A stretch of DNA of 64,000 nucleotides from an uncultured Bifidobacteriaceae bacterium. Lineage in GTDB: Bacteria > Acidobacteriota > Vicinamibacteria > Vicinamibacterales > UBA2999. Positions 53,422-63,600 of the stretch are shown here, piece by piece; within the stretch, counting starts at the first letter, position 1, and every line of letters starts with the position of its first letter. The position numbers and the translations under genes are program-made. Below the pieces are notes generated by a model that saw only the letters and a program-made list of their open reading frames with translations, was not told where the DNA came from and made no database searches. Where the stretch lies: contig CAZXTM010000008.1 in NCBI GenBank assembly GCA_964643765.1, forward strand, positions 30,948 to 94,947, given 5' to 3'.

Positions 53422-53512
53422 AAACGACTAGAGAATCATGCATCATTGACATGTTTTTGGTGACACCACGTCGCGCAGTACAGCCACTGACGTGCCGGGA
53501 GAGCGTCGCCAC

Positions 53513-55723
53513 ATGCCAGAGGGGAGCACACCAGCCATGGGAGCCGGTTTTCTGAAAGACGCAGTCGCAGGAATCAACGCGTGGGCCACGCAGGGCCTTC
53601 GCCAGACGGGGCCGGCCCTCAAGGTCGGTGAGGCGTACGGCACGCTGGCCTTCAGCGACAAGACGCAGCAGGCCCGGCTACCCAAGGCCGTCTATCGCTC
53701 GCTGCGCGACACCATCACCCACGGCAAGGCGCTCGATATCTCGACCGCCGATGCCGTCGCCACAGCGCTCAAGGACTGGGCCCTCGAGCATGGGGCGTCG
53801 CACTACACCCACTGGTTCCAGCCGATGACCGGCGTGACGGCCGAGAAGCACGACAGCTTCTACAACCCCACCGGTGACGGCCGCACGCTGGCCGAGTTCA
53901 GCGGCAAGGAACTCGTGCGCGGCGAGCCCGACGCCTCGAGTTTCCCCTCAGGCGGCATGCGCTCGACCTTCGAGGCCCGCGGCTACACGGCCTGGGACCC
54001 GACCAGCCCGCCCTGGATCCTGATGAACGGCAACAACGCCACGCTCGTCATCCCGACCGCGTTCGTGTCGTGGACTGGCGAGGCACTCGACAAGAAGACG
54101 CCGCTGCTCCGCTCGATGGAGGCCCTCTCGACCCAGGCCGTGCGCGTGCTGCGCCTGTTCGGCTCTCCGGCGACACGGGTCACGGCCACCTGCGGCCCCG
54201 AGCAGGAATACTTCCTGATCGACCACAACTTCTACTTCAACCGTCCCGACCTCATCAATGCGGGGCGCACACTGTTTGGCGCGCGTCCGCCCAAGGGACA
54301 GGAACTCGAGGATCAGTACTTCGGCTCGATTCCCGAGCGCGTGCTGGCCTGCATGGCCGAGGTGGAAGCGGAGCTCTACCGCGTGGGCGTGCCCATCAAG
54401 ACGCGCCACAACGAAGTGGCACCGTCGCAGTATGAAGTGGCGCCCATCTTCGAAAGCGCCAACGTCGCCACCGATCATCAGATGATGACGATGGAGACGC
54501 TCAAGCGCGTGGCACCGCGGTTCGGGCTGGCGTGCCTCGTGCACGAGAAGCCATTTGCCGGCGTCAACGGCTCGGGCAAGCACGTCAACTGGAGCATGAG
54601 CGACGACCACGGCAACAACCTGCTCAACCCGGGCGACACGCCGCACGACAACATGCAGTTCCTGTTCTTCTGCACGGCGGTTATCCGTGCGGTCGACACC
54701 TTTCAGGGGCTGCTGCGCATGGCCGTGGCTCACGCGGGCAACGACCATCGCCTCGGGGCCAACGAGGCACCGCCGGCCATCCTGTCGGTGTTCCTCGGCG
54801 ACATGCTCACCGACATCTTCGAGCAGGTCGAGAAGGGCGGTGCCAAGCGGACCAAGGCCGGCGGGCTGCTCGACATGGGCGTCTCGGTGCTGCCCAAGCT
54901 GCCGCGCGATGCCGGCGACCGGAACCGCACGTCGCCGTTTGCCTTCACCGGCAACAAGTTCGAGTTCCGCGCGGTCGGGTCGACGCAGAACGTGGCCTTC
55001 CCCTCCACCTGCCTCAATGTGGCCGTGGCCGAGTCGCTCGATGCGATGGCCACCGAGCTCGAGAAGATGCTGGCCGGGCGCAAGGGCGCGGCGGCGTTCA
55101 ACGAGGCCGTGGCCGCGCTGCTCAAGAAGACCGTCAAGGCGCACAAGCGCATCATCTTCAACGGCAACGGCTATTCGGACGACTGGCAGAAGGAGGCGGC
55201 CTCCCGCGGCCTGCTCAACCTGAAGACCACCGTCGACGCGCTGCCGGAAATCGTGAAGTTCCCCGTCGTGAAGACCTTCGAGAAGTTCAAGGTGCTGAGC
55301 GAGCGCGAACTGCACGCCCGGTACGAGGTCAACCTCGAGAACTACAGCAAGACCATCAACGTCGAGGCCCAGCTGATGGTGCTGATGGCCAACCGCTACA
55401 TCCTGCCGGCAGCGCTCGAGTACCAGAAGCGCGTGGCCGAGAGCGTGGCCGCGACCAAACAGGCCGGTGTGACCAGCAAGGAGGGTGGCAAGCACCTCAC
55501 GCGCCTGGTCGGGCTGGTCGACCGGTTCCGCGCCCTGACCGAGACGCTGGCCACGGCGCTTGATCACAGCAGTCCCTCGGCCGAGAAGCACGCGCGTTAC
55601 ATGCGCGACAAGATCGTGCCGGCGATGGGCGCGCTGCGCGAGGTGGGCGACCAGCTGGAGCTCGTGATTCCGCACGAGCTGTACCCGCTGCCCACCTATC
55701 GGGAAATGCTGTTTGTGAAGTAG
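53513..55723 (+). CDS. glnN: glutamine synthetase type III
   Basis: ...[21 protein letters not shown]..., ...EQEYFLID..., ...[14 protein letters not shown]..., ~735 aa. Start uncertain: GTG 53492, ATG 53513 (GGAGAG 9 nt upstream) or ATG 53537 (GGGGAG 10 nt upstream). Confidence 0.9.
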   Translation: MPEGSTPAMGAGFLKDAVAGINAWATQGLRQTGPALKVGEAYGTLAFSDKTQQARLPKAVYRSLRDTITHGKALDISTADAVATALKDWALEHGASHYTHWFQPMTGVTAEKHDSFYNPTGDGRTLAEFSGKELVRGEPDASSFPSGGMRSTFEARGYTAWDPTSPPWILMNGNNATLVIPTAFVSWTGEALDKKTPLLRSMEALSTQAVRVLRLFGSPATRVTATCGPEQEYFLIDHNFYFNRPDLINAGRTLFGARPPKGQELEDQYFGSIPERVLACMAEVEAELYRVGVPIKTRHNEVAPSQYEVAPIFESANVATDHQMMTMETLKRVAPRFGLACLVHEKPFAGVNGSGKHVNWSMSDDHGNNLLNPGDTPHDNMQFLFFCTAVIRAVDTFQGLLRMAVAHAGNDHRLGANEAPPAILSVFLGDMLTDIFEQVEKGGAKRTKAGGLLDMGVSVLPKLPRDAGDRNRTSPFAFTGNKFEFRAVGSTQNVAFPSTCLNVAVAESLDAMATELEKMLAGRKGAAAFNEAVAALLKKTVKAHKRIIFNGNGYSDDWQKEAASRGLLNLKTTVDALPEIVKFPVVKTFEKFKVLSERELHARYEVNLENYSKTINVEAQLMVLMANRYILPAALEYQKRVAESVAATKQAGVTSKEGGKHLTRLVGLVDRFRALTETLATALDHSSPSAEKHARYMRDKIVPAMGALREVGDQLELVIPHELYPLPTYREMLFVK

Positions 55724-55758
55724 GGCGGAGCCACGCCCCGACAACCACGACTCAGGCG

Positions 55759-55794
55759 AACCCGCGCGGCACCGAGCCGCGCGGGTTTCGTTCT
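55759..55794 (+). terminator. rho-independent terminator of glnN
   Basis: The stem is a perfect 11 bp, AACCCGCGCGG / CCGCGCGGGTT, with a 7-nt loop CACCGAG. It is followed by TCGTTCT and starts 36 nt after the stop. Confidence 0.7.
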
Positions 55795-55833
55795 ATGATG
55801 GGCCGACCACCCTGCACTCACACATCCAGACGT

Positions 55834-56271
55834 ATGTCACGAGCCACTCGCGCCCTCTCACTCGTCGTTCTGCTCTCTGCCCTCACCGCTGCCTGCAATG
55901 GTGACTCGGGGGGCTCGCCCACGACGCCGACAGCCACCGACACGGCGGCCTACAGCTCAACGGACCTGCGCACCGGCACCGGCGCCGCCGCCGTGGCCGG
56001 CCAGCGCGTCACCGTCAATTACACCGGCTGGCTCTACAGCGCCTCTGCCGCCGAGAACAAGGGCAACACCTTCGACAGCGGCCGCGGCGCCAGCTTCCAG
56101 CTGGGGACGCTCATCGCCTGCTGGAACACGGGCATCCCCGGCATGCGGGTCGGCGGGCTGCGCCGGCTCGTGTGCCCGCCCAATGTGGCGTACGGCAGCT
56201 CGTCGCCGGGGGCCGGCATCCCCGCCAACGCGACGCTGCTGTTCGAAGTCGAGCTCGTCTCGGTGCCCTGA
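55834..56271 (+). CDS. FKBP-type peptidyl-prolyl isomerase, probable lipoprotein
   Basis: Trimmed to MSRATRALSLVVLLSALTAAC. V.VNYTGWL......G..FDS......F.LG.....W..GI.GM.VGG.RRL..PP..AYG......IP.NATL.FEVEL. Confidence 0.85.
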   Translation: MSRATRALSLVVLLSALTAACNGDSGGSPTTPTATDTAAYSSTDLRTGTGAAAVAGQRVTVNYTGWLYSASAAENKGNTFDSGRGASFQLGTLIACWNTGIPGMRVGGLRRLVCPPNVAYGSSSPGAGIPANATLLFEVELVSVP

Positions 56272-56301
56272 CGGGCGCCGGGGCCTGCGCCCCTTCCAAC
56301 G

Positions 56302-57084
56302 CTACGGCAGCCGCCAGGCCTCGCGCAGCCGGTCATAGGCCGCGCGGGGCAGCTGCACCAGCACCGGCTGGCGCTCAGGTGACAGCCACGCCATCGCCTG
56401 CAGCAGGGCGTCCGCACTCATCGCGGTGCATCCGGCCGTGCCGGTGCCCTTGGGGTTCGCAATGTGGAGGAAGATGCACGACCCACGGCCTGCCACCGCC
56501 GGCGTGTTGTAGTTGACCACCACGCCCCACCGATACTCCTCCCCCACCTCCCGCATCTTCTCGGAACTGGTCCAGTCGGGCACCGCCACGCTCCGACGGT
56601 TGACGATGGTGTTGTAGCCAGACGACGTCACATCGTCGATGCATTCGATGCCTTCGGTGACGGGCAAGTACGGCAGCTGCAGGGCGCGGGCCGTGGTATC
56701 GCTGCCCGGGGCGTAGCCGAAGGCGGTGCCCAGGGGAAACACACCGGCCGGCGCACGGCCATCGCCTTCCCGCTTGGTGGGGCCGTCAATCACGGCAGAC
56801 ACCAGCGGATCCCAGGCCAGGCCATGGCGCCCCACCACGATGCGTGTCTCTGCACCGACGGATTCCCACGGAGCCGCGGTGGCGTTCCGCTCGAACCGGC
56901 GCAGTTCGCCGCCGACCGTATTCCAGTCGGGCGTAATCACCAGCAGCAGCTGCCGCGCCTCGCGCAGCAGTGCCGGCACCGCCGACGCGGGCGACTGCGC
57001 CATGGCGTCGGCCGCCGCGCCACACACCAGGGCGGCGGCGGTGCCGAGGGAGATGGAGAACCAGCGGAGAGTGCGGCGTGGCAT
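56302..57084 (-). CDS. L,D-transpeptidase (YkuD)-fold family protein, secreted
   Basis: Trimmed to MPRRTLRWFSISLGTAAALVCGAAADAMAQ. The catalytic-site-like GSCIFLHI.......GTAGCTAM matches the His...Cys arrangement of YkuD-like enzymes (COG3786-type). Confidence 0.7.
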   Translation of the reverse strand: MPRRTLRWFSISLGTAAALVCGAAADAMAQSPASAVPALLREARQLLLVITPDWNTVGGELRRFERNATAAPWESVGAETRIVVGRHGLAWDPLVSAVIDGPTKREGDGRAPAGVFPLGTAFGYAPGSDTTARALQLPYLPVTEGIECIDDVTSSGYNTIVNRRSVAVPDWTSSEKMREVGEEYRWGVVVNYNTPAVAGRGSCIFLHIANPKGTGTAGCTAMSADALLQAMAWLSPERQPVLVQLPRAAYDRLREAWRLP

Positions 57085-57095
57085 CGGCAGGGCTC

Positions 57096-57701
57096 CTAGA
57101 GGGACGGTGACGGCCGCTGCGCACGATCGGCCAGACGGCGCATCACCTGCGCGTAGACGTCGTCCCACGTGTCTGCGCGCGGCCCCGGCAGGTGCCGGTT
57201 GGTGGAACTGGTGAACACGATCGTGTCGTGGCCATGGCGCCGCAGGTGCTCGACGTTGCGTGGTGAATCTTCGATGTAGAGATCGGCTCCCACGGCCGCC
57301 TTGTCCGCGAGGAAGCAAAGGTCCCAGTACGGGATGTCGTGCCCGTCGAGCCAGTCGACGGTCTGCTGGACCGCCGCTCGGTGAAAATGCTTGAGGAGCA
57401 ACCGGTGCGTGATGATGCGGATGCGCACACCGTGGTCGGACAGGCGACGCAGGACCTGCGGGGCCCCCGCCATGGGCTTGAGTACGCGGAACAGGTCACG
57501 CTGCAGCACGGCGAACTGATGCAGCTTCGGATAGCCCCCGGGCGCCTCGGCGAGGCCCCACTCGGGCAGGTCCCACGACACCTCGTCGGTCAGGGTCTCT
57601 GGCGGCACGCCGAGCCACTCGGCGGCAATGGGCCTGAGGCCGGCATAGAAATCAGCGCAGGTGCCGTCGAGGTCGACCCCGAGAATGAATGGTTCGGGCA
57701 T
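57096..57701 (-). CDS. HAD-superfamily 5'(3')-deoxyribonucleotidase-like (NT5C-type) protein
   Basis: N-terminal DxDxT motif ILGVDLDGTCADFY. ~200 aa with ...YIEDSP.N.. near the C-terminus. Confidence 0.7.
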   Translation of the reverse strand: MPEPFILGVDLDGTCADFYAGLRPIAAEWLGVPPETLTDEVSWDLPEWGLAEAPGGYPKLHQFAVLQRDLFRVLKPMAGAPQVLRRLSDHGVRIRIITHRLLLKHFHRAAVQQTVDWLDGHDIPYWDLCFLADKAAVGADLYIEDSPRNVEHLRRHGHDTIVFTSSTNRHLPGPRADTWDDVYAQVMRRLADRAQRPSPSL

Positions 57702-57823
57702 GTCCCGAGACGTTACACCGGAAACCGCCCGAGCGCCACGCGCAGGTCGCGCCTCGTCAGACGGGCGGGGGTCTCCGCCTCGTGCATTCCACCCCCGCGT
57801 GCGGTCCTCCCCCCCCCGGCACC

Positions 57824-59695
57824 TCAGGGCCGTGGGGGCAGCGCAAAGGCGACGATGTGGCGACCTGCGGGCGAGCCGAGGAAGCTGCCACCGCCTGCGG
57901 CGACCACCACATACTGACGTCCGTCACGGCCGAGGAAGGTCATCGGCACGGAATGGGCGGCGGCATCGAGTTCGGTTTCCCACAGGAGCTTGCCCGACGC
58001 GGAATCGAACGCGCGGAACTGCCGATCGGTCGAGGCCCCGACGAACAGCACCCCAGACTGCGTGACCATCGGGCCGCCGATGTTCGGGGCACCCGTATTG
58101 GCAAAGCCCCGGGCCTTCAGTTCGGGATAGAACCCGAGCGGCTGCTTCCACGCAATCTCTCCCGTGTTGACGTTGACCGCCACCAGTTCGCCGAACGGCG
58201 GGGCATTGCAGGGAATCTTGCTCTCGGGATTCCAGAAGCGCCCGACCGGTCCTCCCCAGGGGGAGGCGCGCACCCAGCCGACGTTGCCGGATCGGTCCTT
58301 GCCCTGCTGCATGCGGGCCACCTGCCCGATGTTGCTGACGTTGGTGAAGACCAGGGCCCGGGTGGGATCGTAGGCCAGACCGTTCCAGTTGCCTCCACCG
58401 AGGGTGCTGGGGAAGGTCACCATGGTGCGGTCAGGCCCGGGTGGCGTGAACGGCCCTTCGGTGTACATCTGGTTGTCCTTCCAGAGCGCCTGACAGTACG
58501 CGGCATGCTCGGGGGTCAGCGTGTAGAAATCGCGGGCCGGGTCGAAGTCGATGCGGCCGAGTGGCGGCGGCTTCAGCGGAAACGGCTGCGTCGGCCAGGC
58601 CTGTTCGCCGGGCACACGGCTTGGCGGCACCGGACGTTCCTCGAGTCCGTGGATCGGCTCACCGGTCTCACGATTGAAGATGAAGAGCGTGGTGACCTTG
58701 GTGAGGACAGCCACCGCCGGGATGGGTTGACCGGCGCGCGTCACGGTGATGAGCACCGGAGCCGCCGGCAGATCGAAATCCCACAGATCGTGGTGCACCA
58801 ACTGGTGATGCCACTTGAGTCGCCCGGTCAGCGCATCGAGTGCCACGATCGAATTGCCGTAGAGGTTCTTCCCCTTCCGATCACCGCCGTAATAGTCCGA
58901 CGTGGGGGAACCGAGAGGCGCGAAGACGAGGCCGCGCTCGGTGTCGACCGTGAAGAACGACCACATATTGGTGCCCGACCGGTTCTTCCAGCTGTCGCCC
59001 TCCCAGGTCTCGACGCCCGGCTCACCGGCGCGCGGCACGGTGTGGAATTGCCACAGCAGGCGACCGGTGACCGCATCCCAGCCGCGAATGTCACCGTAGA
59101 GTCCCAGCGAGGGCGACTGCTCGCCGTTGTTGCCGCCGGTGATGATGACGTTCCGGTAGACCACGGGGGGCGACACCATGCTGATGCGGCCATCGACATC
59201 GCCCAGCACTCCGCGCTTCAGGCTCTGGTAGCCGCCGTCGCCAAAGCCGGTCGCCGGCTGCCCCGTGCGCGCATCGAGTGCGAGCAGCTGATCGCCCGCG
59301 CCGGTCAGCAGACGGGGCCCCGTGCGGGTGTCACCCGGCCAGTAGGCCAGTCCGCGACGACTGACGGTGTCGGGCGCCTCGAAGACCCACTTGACCGCTG
59401 CCGTCTCTGGCTCGAGCGCCCAGACCTTGCGCCCGGCCGATACGTACATCACGCCGTCGATCACCAGCGGCGTCAGCTGCAGGTTGCCCCCCTCGGCGTC
59501 AAACGTCCACACGCGCTGCAGGGACGCGACGTTGGCCGGGGTGATCTGCGTCAGCGGCGAGAACCGCGTCGCCGCCGCATCGCGGTCGCGCATCGGCCAG
59601 TCGCCATCCGGCCGCGGGCGCTGGGCGCCCGCCGCCACAGACACCGCCGCCACCAGTCCCACGGTCCAGACCAGCCCCTTCCCCATGCGCCCCAT
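57824..59695 (-). CDS. PQQ-dependent dehydrogenase (eight-bladed beta-propeller quinoprotein), secreted
   Basis: Start at ATG 59695 (signal GLVWTVGLVAAVSVAAGAQ). DWPMRDRDAAATRFSPLTQITPANVASLQRVWTF is the typical quinoprotein N-terminus. Repeated W-motif blades. Confidence 0.85.
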   Translation of the reverse strand: MGRMGKGLVWTVGLVAAVSVAAGAQRPRPDGDWPMRDRDAAATRFSPLTQITPANVASLQRVWTFDAEGGNLQLTPLVIDGVMYVSAGRKVWALEPETAAVKWVFEAPDTVSRRGLAYWPGDTRTGPRLLTGAGDQLLALDARTGQPATGFGDGGYQSLKRGVLGDVDGRISMVSPPVVYRNVIITGGNNGEQSPSLGLYGDIRGWDAVTGRLLWQFHTVPRAGEPGVETWEGDSWKNRSGTNMWSFFTVDTERGLVFAPLGSPTSDYYGGDRKGKNLYGNSIVALDALTGRLKWHHQLVHHDLWDFDLPAAPVLITVTRAGQPIPAVAVLTKVTTLFIFNRETGEPIHGLEERPVPPSRVPGEQAWPTQPFPLKPPPLGRIDFDPARDFYTLTPEHAAYCQALWKDNQMYTEGPFTPPGPDRTMVTFPSTLGGGNWNGLAYDPTRALVFTNVSNIGQVARMQQGKDRSGNVGWVRASPWGGPVGRFWNPESKIPCNAPPFGELVAVNVNTGEIAWKQPLGFYPELKARGFANTGAPNIGGPMVTQSGVLFVGASTDRQFRAFDSASGKLLWETELDAAAHSVPMTFLGRDGRQYVVVAAGGGSFLGSPAGRHIVAFALPPRP

Positions 59696-59708
59696 GCGTC
59701 GTCCCCGT

Positions 59709-60635
59709 TCAGCGCCCGAGCGGGCGCGGTGTGGCATCGCCCTCAGTGAGGCCGAGGGCCCACTTGATGGCTTCCAGATACATCTGCCGGATGTCCCGAA
59801 GATCCCACGTGGCTGCGTCGTGAGCGAACGTGGCGTAGAACACGCGCCCCTTGCCGTACTGCTTCGCCCAGACCAGGGGCAGGTCGCCGTTCAGCACATG
59901 GACGTCCGGGTGGGCCGGCAGCTTCGACAGATCGAGCCGCAGCAGGACGCGGGCATTCGCCCGTGAGAAGGCCGAGGGCTGATAGAACTCGTCGGTGATG
60001 GTGAAGCTCGGCGGCAGGTGCCGGGTCGCGGGAAAATCGGGCGCGTCGTTGATCACCGAGCCGGCGACGGTGTTCCACGGATGGCCGTCGTAGCGGCCGC
60101 CCAGGAGATCGCCGAACTCGGGCCAGTCGGCCCACGCGGTCAGCGCGGTATGCGCGGCCACCAAGCCCTTGCCATCGTCGCGGACGAACTTGATCAGGTC
60201 GGACTTCTGCTGGGCATCGACCGGCACGTCCCGGTGACCCAGGAAGAAGATCGCGTCGGCCATCTTCAGGCTGGGGCCCCCGCTGGCCGGCTCGCCCGTC
60301 GTCCGCTTCGGGTCCATCGCAGCGATGTTCGAGTCGGTGCGGATGAAGGTATCCCAGAGCCCGGTCTCGTAGCCGAGCTGTTCGATGACCGACAGCGCGT
60401 GTGAGGTCGAGTCGTGCTGCGCGATGCCGTTTCTGGTGTCGGCCCAGGCCAGCACGACCTTCCGCGTCCGCGGACGTGAGCGCGGACCGCCGGCTCCGGG
60501 TGCCGGCCGCTGGCCCGCCGCCGGCTGCGCCCCCTCGAGGGGACGGAACACCTCCGTGGGAAGGCCCAGGGCCAGCAGGCCCAGAACCGACGCGATGCCG
60601 ACTAGTCGCCGTCTCATCATCATGCTCTCTCCCAT
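59709..60635 (-). CDS. ThuA-domain (trehalose-utilisation-like, class-I glutamine-amidotransferase fold) protein, secreted
   Basis: Signal MMMRRRLVGIASVLGLLALGLP. ...VVLAWADTRNGIAQHDS..HAL......G..TG.W and ...DEFY...... and ...VFYATFAHD are typical of ThuA-like proteins. The start could be any of ATG 60635/60623/60620/60617. Confidence 0.7.
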   Translation of the reverse strand: MGESMMMRRRLVGIASVLGLLALGLPTEVFRPLEGAQPAAGQRPAPGAGGPRSRPRTRKVVLAWADTRNGIAQHDSTSHALSVIEQLGYETGLWDTFIRTDSNIAAMDPKRTTGEPASGGPSLKMADAIFFLGHRDVPVDAQQKSDLIKFVRDDGKGLVAAHTALTAWADWPEFGDLLGGRYDGHPWNTVAGSVINDAPDFPATRHLPPSFTITDEFYQPSAFSRANARVLLRLDLSKLPAHPDVHVLNGDLPLVWAKQYGKGRVFYATFAHDAATWDLRDIRQMYLEAIKWALGLTEGDATPRPLGR

Positions 60636-60696
60636 CCGCCGACCCGTCTCCGCGCCGTGCGGAGACAGGTCGTGGACCGTGCGCCGATCGGGTCTC

Positions 60697-63600
60697 TCAG
60701 AATGACAGCTTCAGGGCGAACTGCATGATGCGCGGGTCACCGGCCGTCAGGATCTGACCAAAGTTTGCCGCATTCAGCGCCGTCACCGGCGCGCCCAGGT
60801 TCACGTGGTTGATGACGTTGAAGATTTCCCAGCGGAACTGCATCCGCGTCGACGCCACGTCAAACGTACGGGTGATGGCCAGGTCGTTCTGGAAAATCGC
60901 CGGATTGACAATCGTGAAGGGGGCCAGCGTGCCGTAGGTGCCGGACGCCGGCGCGGCAAACGCCGCACGGTTCAGGTAGTTCCCCGCCGTGCCGTCTCCG
61001 TAGACATTGTCCAGCACCTGGTTCGGGCGCTGCCCGCCCATCCCGGTGAGCGCCACGTCCGTGCCGAGTGTCACCGTCGAGCGGTTGCCGCTCTGGCGAC
61101 GGATGATGGGCGCAATCTGCCAGCGGCCGAACATGCGGCCCATCGCCCCGGACCATTCCGGCAGCTGGAACACGGCTGAAAGGTTCGCCACGTGCCGGCG
61201 GTCGGACGAACAGTAGCCATAGTCGGCATCCGGGTTGTCCGGATTCATCACCGTCGGCCCCGTGATTTCCGTGGTGGCCGGGTCACTCATGCACTTCGAG
61301 AGCGTGTAGTTGGCCAGCACGCTGAAGTTGTTCTTGAGTCGGCGCTGCACGGTCAGCAGCATGCCCTGATAGTTCGAGCGGCCCGTATCGTCCACCTCGG
61401 CCAGCGTGCCGTAGAAGCTGCCCTCTCGCGCGTTGAGCGCGTTGAGCCGCCGCCGCTGGTTGGTGTTGCCGGTGGTGGCGCCGGGGCCGAAGACGGCCGG
61501 ATTGAGTTCCGTCGCGCGCCACAGATTGTGGCTGCGGTTCCCGAGGTAGCTGGCACCGACCATCCAGTCGCCCAACTGGCGCTGCACCGTGATATTCCAC
61601 TGCTCGAGCCGTGTCGGCTGCAGGTCGATGGGCGCATTCACATACACGCCATACGACGGGAACGCTGACGTCTGCCAGGCCGTGTTCAGCGCGGGAAAGG
61701 GATTGCCCCCGGGATACCCCTGATAGGGATCGACGAAGCCACCGGCCGGTGTCGGGATGGTCAGCTGCGCCCCCCAGGGTGGATTGTTCGAGAACCGCGT
61801 ATTGAAGAACAGATGCGGGGTGTCGAGGAACATGCCCCACGCCGCCCGCACGCTGGTGGAATCATCCGGCTGCCAGACCGCCCCCAGGCGCGGCGTGAAG
61901 TTCCAGAGCTGCTGCTTCCACGCACCGTTGCCCGGATAGCCGGGGTCGCCCGGGAAGTAGAGTCCAGCCGGCGCCTGTGGATAGACGGTACTCTTGACGC
62001 CCTGCGTGAAGCGGGTCAGGTCGAAGTTGCTGGCCCAGCCAAACGTGGCCTGCAGCGGGTTGGCCGGTTCCCAGCGGACTCCGGCGTTGAGCGTCAGGTT
62101 GGGCCGCACGCGCCACTCATCCTGCAGATACACACCCACGTAGTCGTGGTTCTGGTAGTCGAACACCGGGTTGCCCTGCAGGAAGCTGAAGACGCGACCC
62201 GCCATGAAGTCGGCCAGGGGCAGTCCTGTCAGCTGTCCGTTGAACGTGAAGGCGCCATTGGTCGGCCGGTTGTTGGACGTCTCGATGGTGGTGTAAATCC
62301 AGTTCACGCCCACGGTCACCTGATGATTGCCCTTTAGCCAGTCGATGTCGTCGGCGACCTGAATCGCCTTCGAGTTGAAGTAGCCGGGGTTGGTGCCGCC
62401 ACTGCCGAACGAGAACCCGTTGCCGGTCACGCTGATGCCGACGTACCCGGGAATCAGGCTCGAGATACGCGATCCGAGTTCCGAGGCGGTGAAGTATTCG
62501 GGAAGCGAGCGGTCGTTGAAGGTGCGGATGTAGGTGGTGCGCAGCGAGTTGAAGAGTGACGAGGTCGCGGCGTAGGTGTGCCCCAGCACGGCCGAATGCA
62601 CGGCGTTGGTCTGTCCCGTACGGCTCAGCGTCAGCACATTCTTGCCGTCGTAGGTCGCCGGGTTGTCATAGCGCGCGTAGAGGTAGCGGAACTGCAGCGA
62701 CTGCTTGTTGCTGAGCGTGTAATCAATCTTGCCGACGCCCTGGTGATCGGTGCTGTTGTTGGGAATGCCGAACTGGACACGGCCGCACGGATCATCGGCC
62801 ACCGGGATGTACTTGAGCATGTTGGCGGCCACGGGATCGATAGCACCGGCCGGCAGGCGGTTGTCGACAAACGGGGCGCGCAGCGCAATCTGGCGACCGC
62901 CATTGCACTCGGGCCCCGCAAAGGCGGTGAAGTCGCCGGTACGCATCGCAGCCGTCGGCACGAAGCGGATGGCGACCGGGGGGTTCGAGTTTTCATCCGT
63001 CCCCTGATAGCCTCCGAAGAAGAACAGCTTGTTCTTCATGATCGGACCGCCCAGAACGCCGCCATACTGATTGCGCTCGAGGCTGTCGCGGGTGGTGGCG
63101 AGCGCATTCCGCGCATTGAAGCGGTAGTTGCGCACAAAGCCGAACACCGTTCCGTTCACGGAGTTGGTGCCCGACTTGGTCACGACGTTGACGGCCGAGG
63201 CGGCGTGGTGGCCATACCTCGCTGGCAGTGCGCTGGTCTCCACCTTGAATTCCTGCAGCGCATCGGGAAACGGCGTCGGCAGATTGAGATTGTTGAACGG
63301 GTCGTTGTGGGTCGCGCCGTCCATGATGTAGGTCATGCCGTTGGCCTGCCCGCCCGCCACCGAGATGGTGACGGTCGGATAGTTCTTGTTGGTGTTGAGG
63401 TCCGCCGCAGGCGCGCTGGTCGCCAGTCCCGACAGGAAGATGAGCTCGGTGGCCTGACGCCCGTTCAGGGGCATTTCAATGACGCGCTGGTTGTCGATGA
63501 CCTGGCCCACGCCGGTCGATCGGGTCTCGATGAGCGGCGCCCCCGCCGACACCATCACCGTCTCGGTCAGCTGCCCGACGTTCAGCTGCACATCGATCGT

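Noticed and set aside
53948-55744. 598-aa minus-strand ORF
   Set aside because: It is antisense to type III glutamine synthetase and has no recognisable motifs. A high-GC artefact.
57689-59749. 686-aa plus-strand ORF
   Set aside because: It is antisense to the PQQ dehydrogenase, whose propeller motifs are unmistakable. The plus-frame product is Arg/Gly/His-rich junk.
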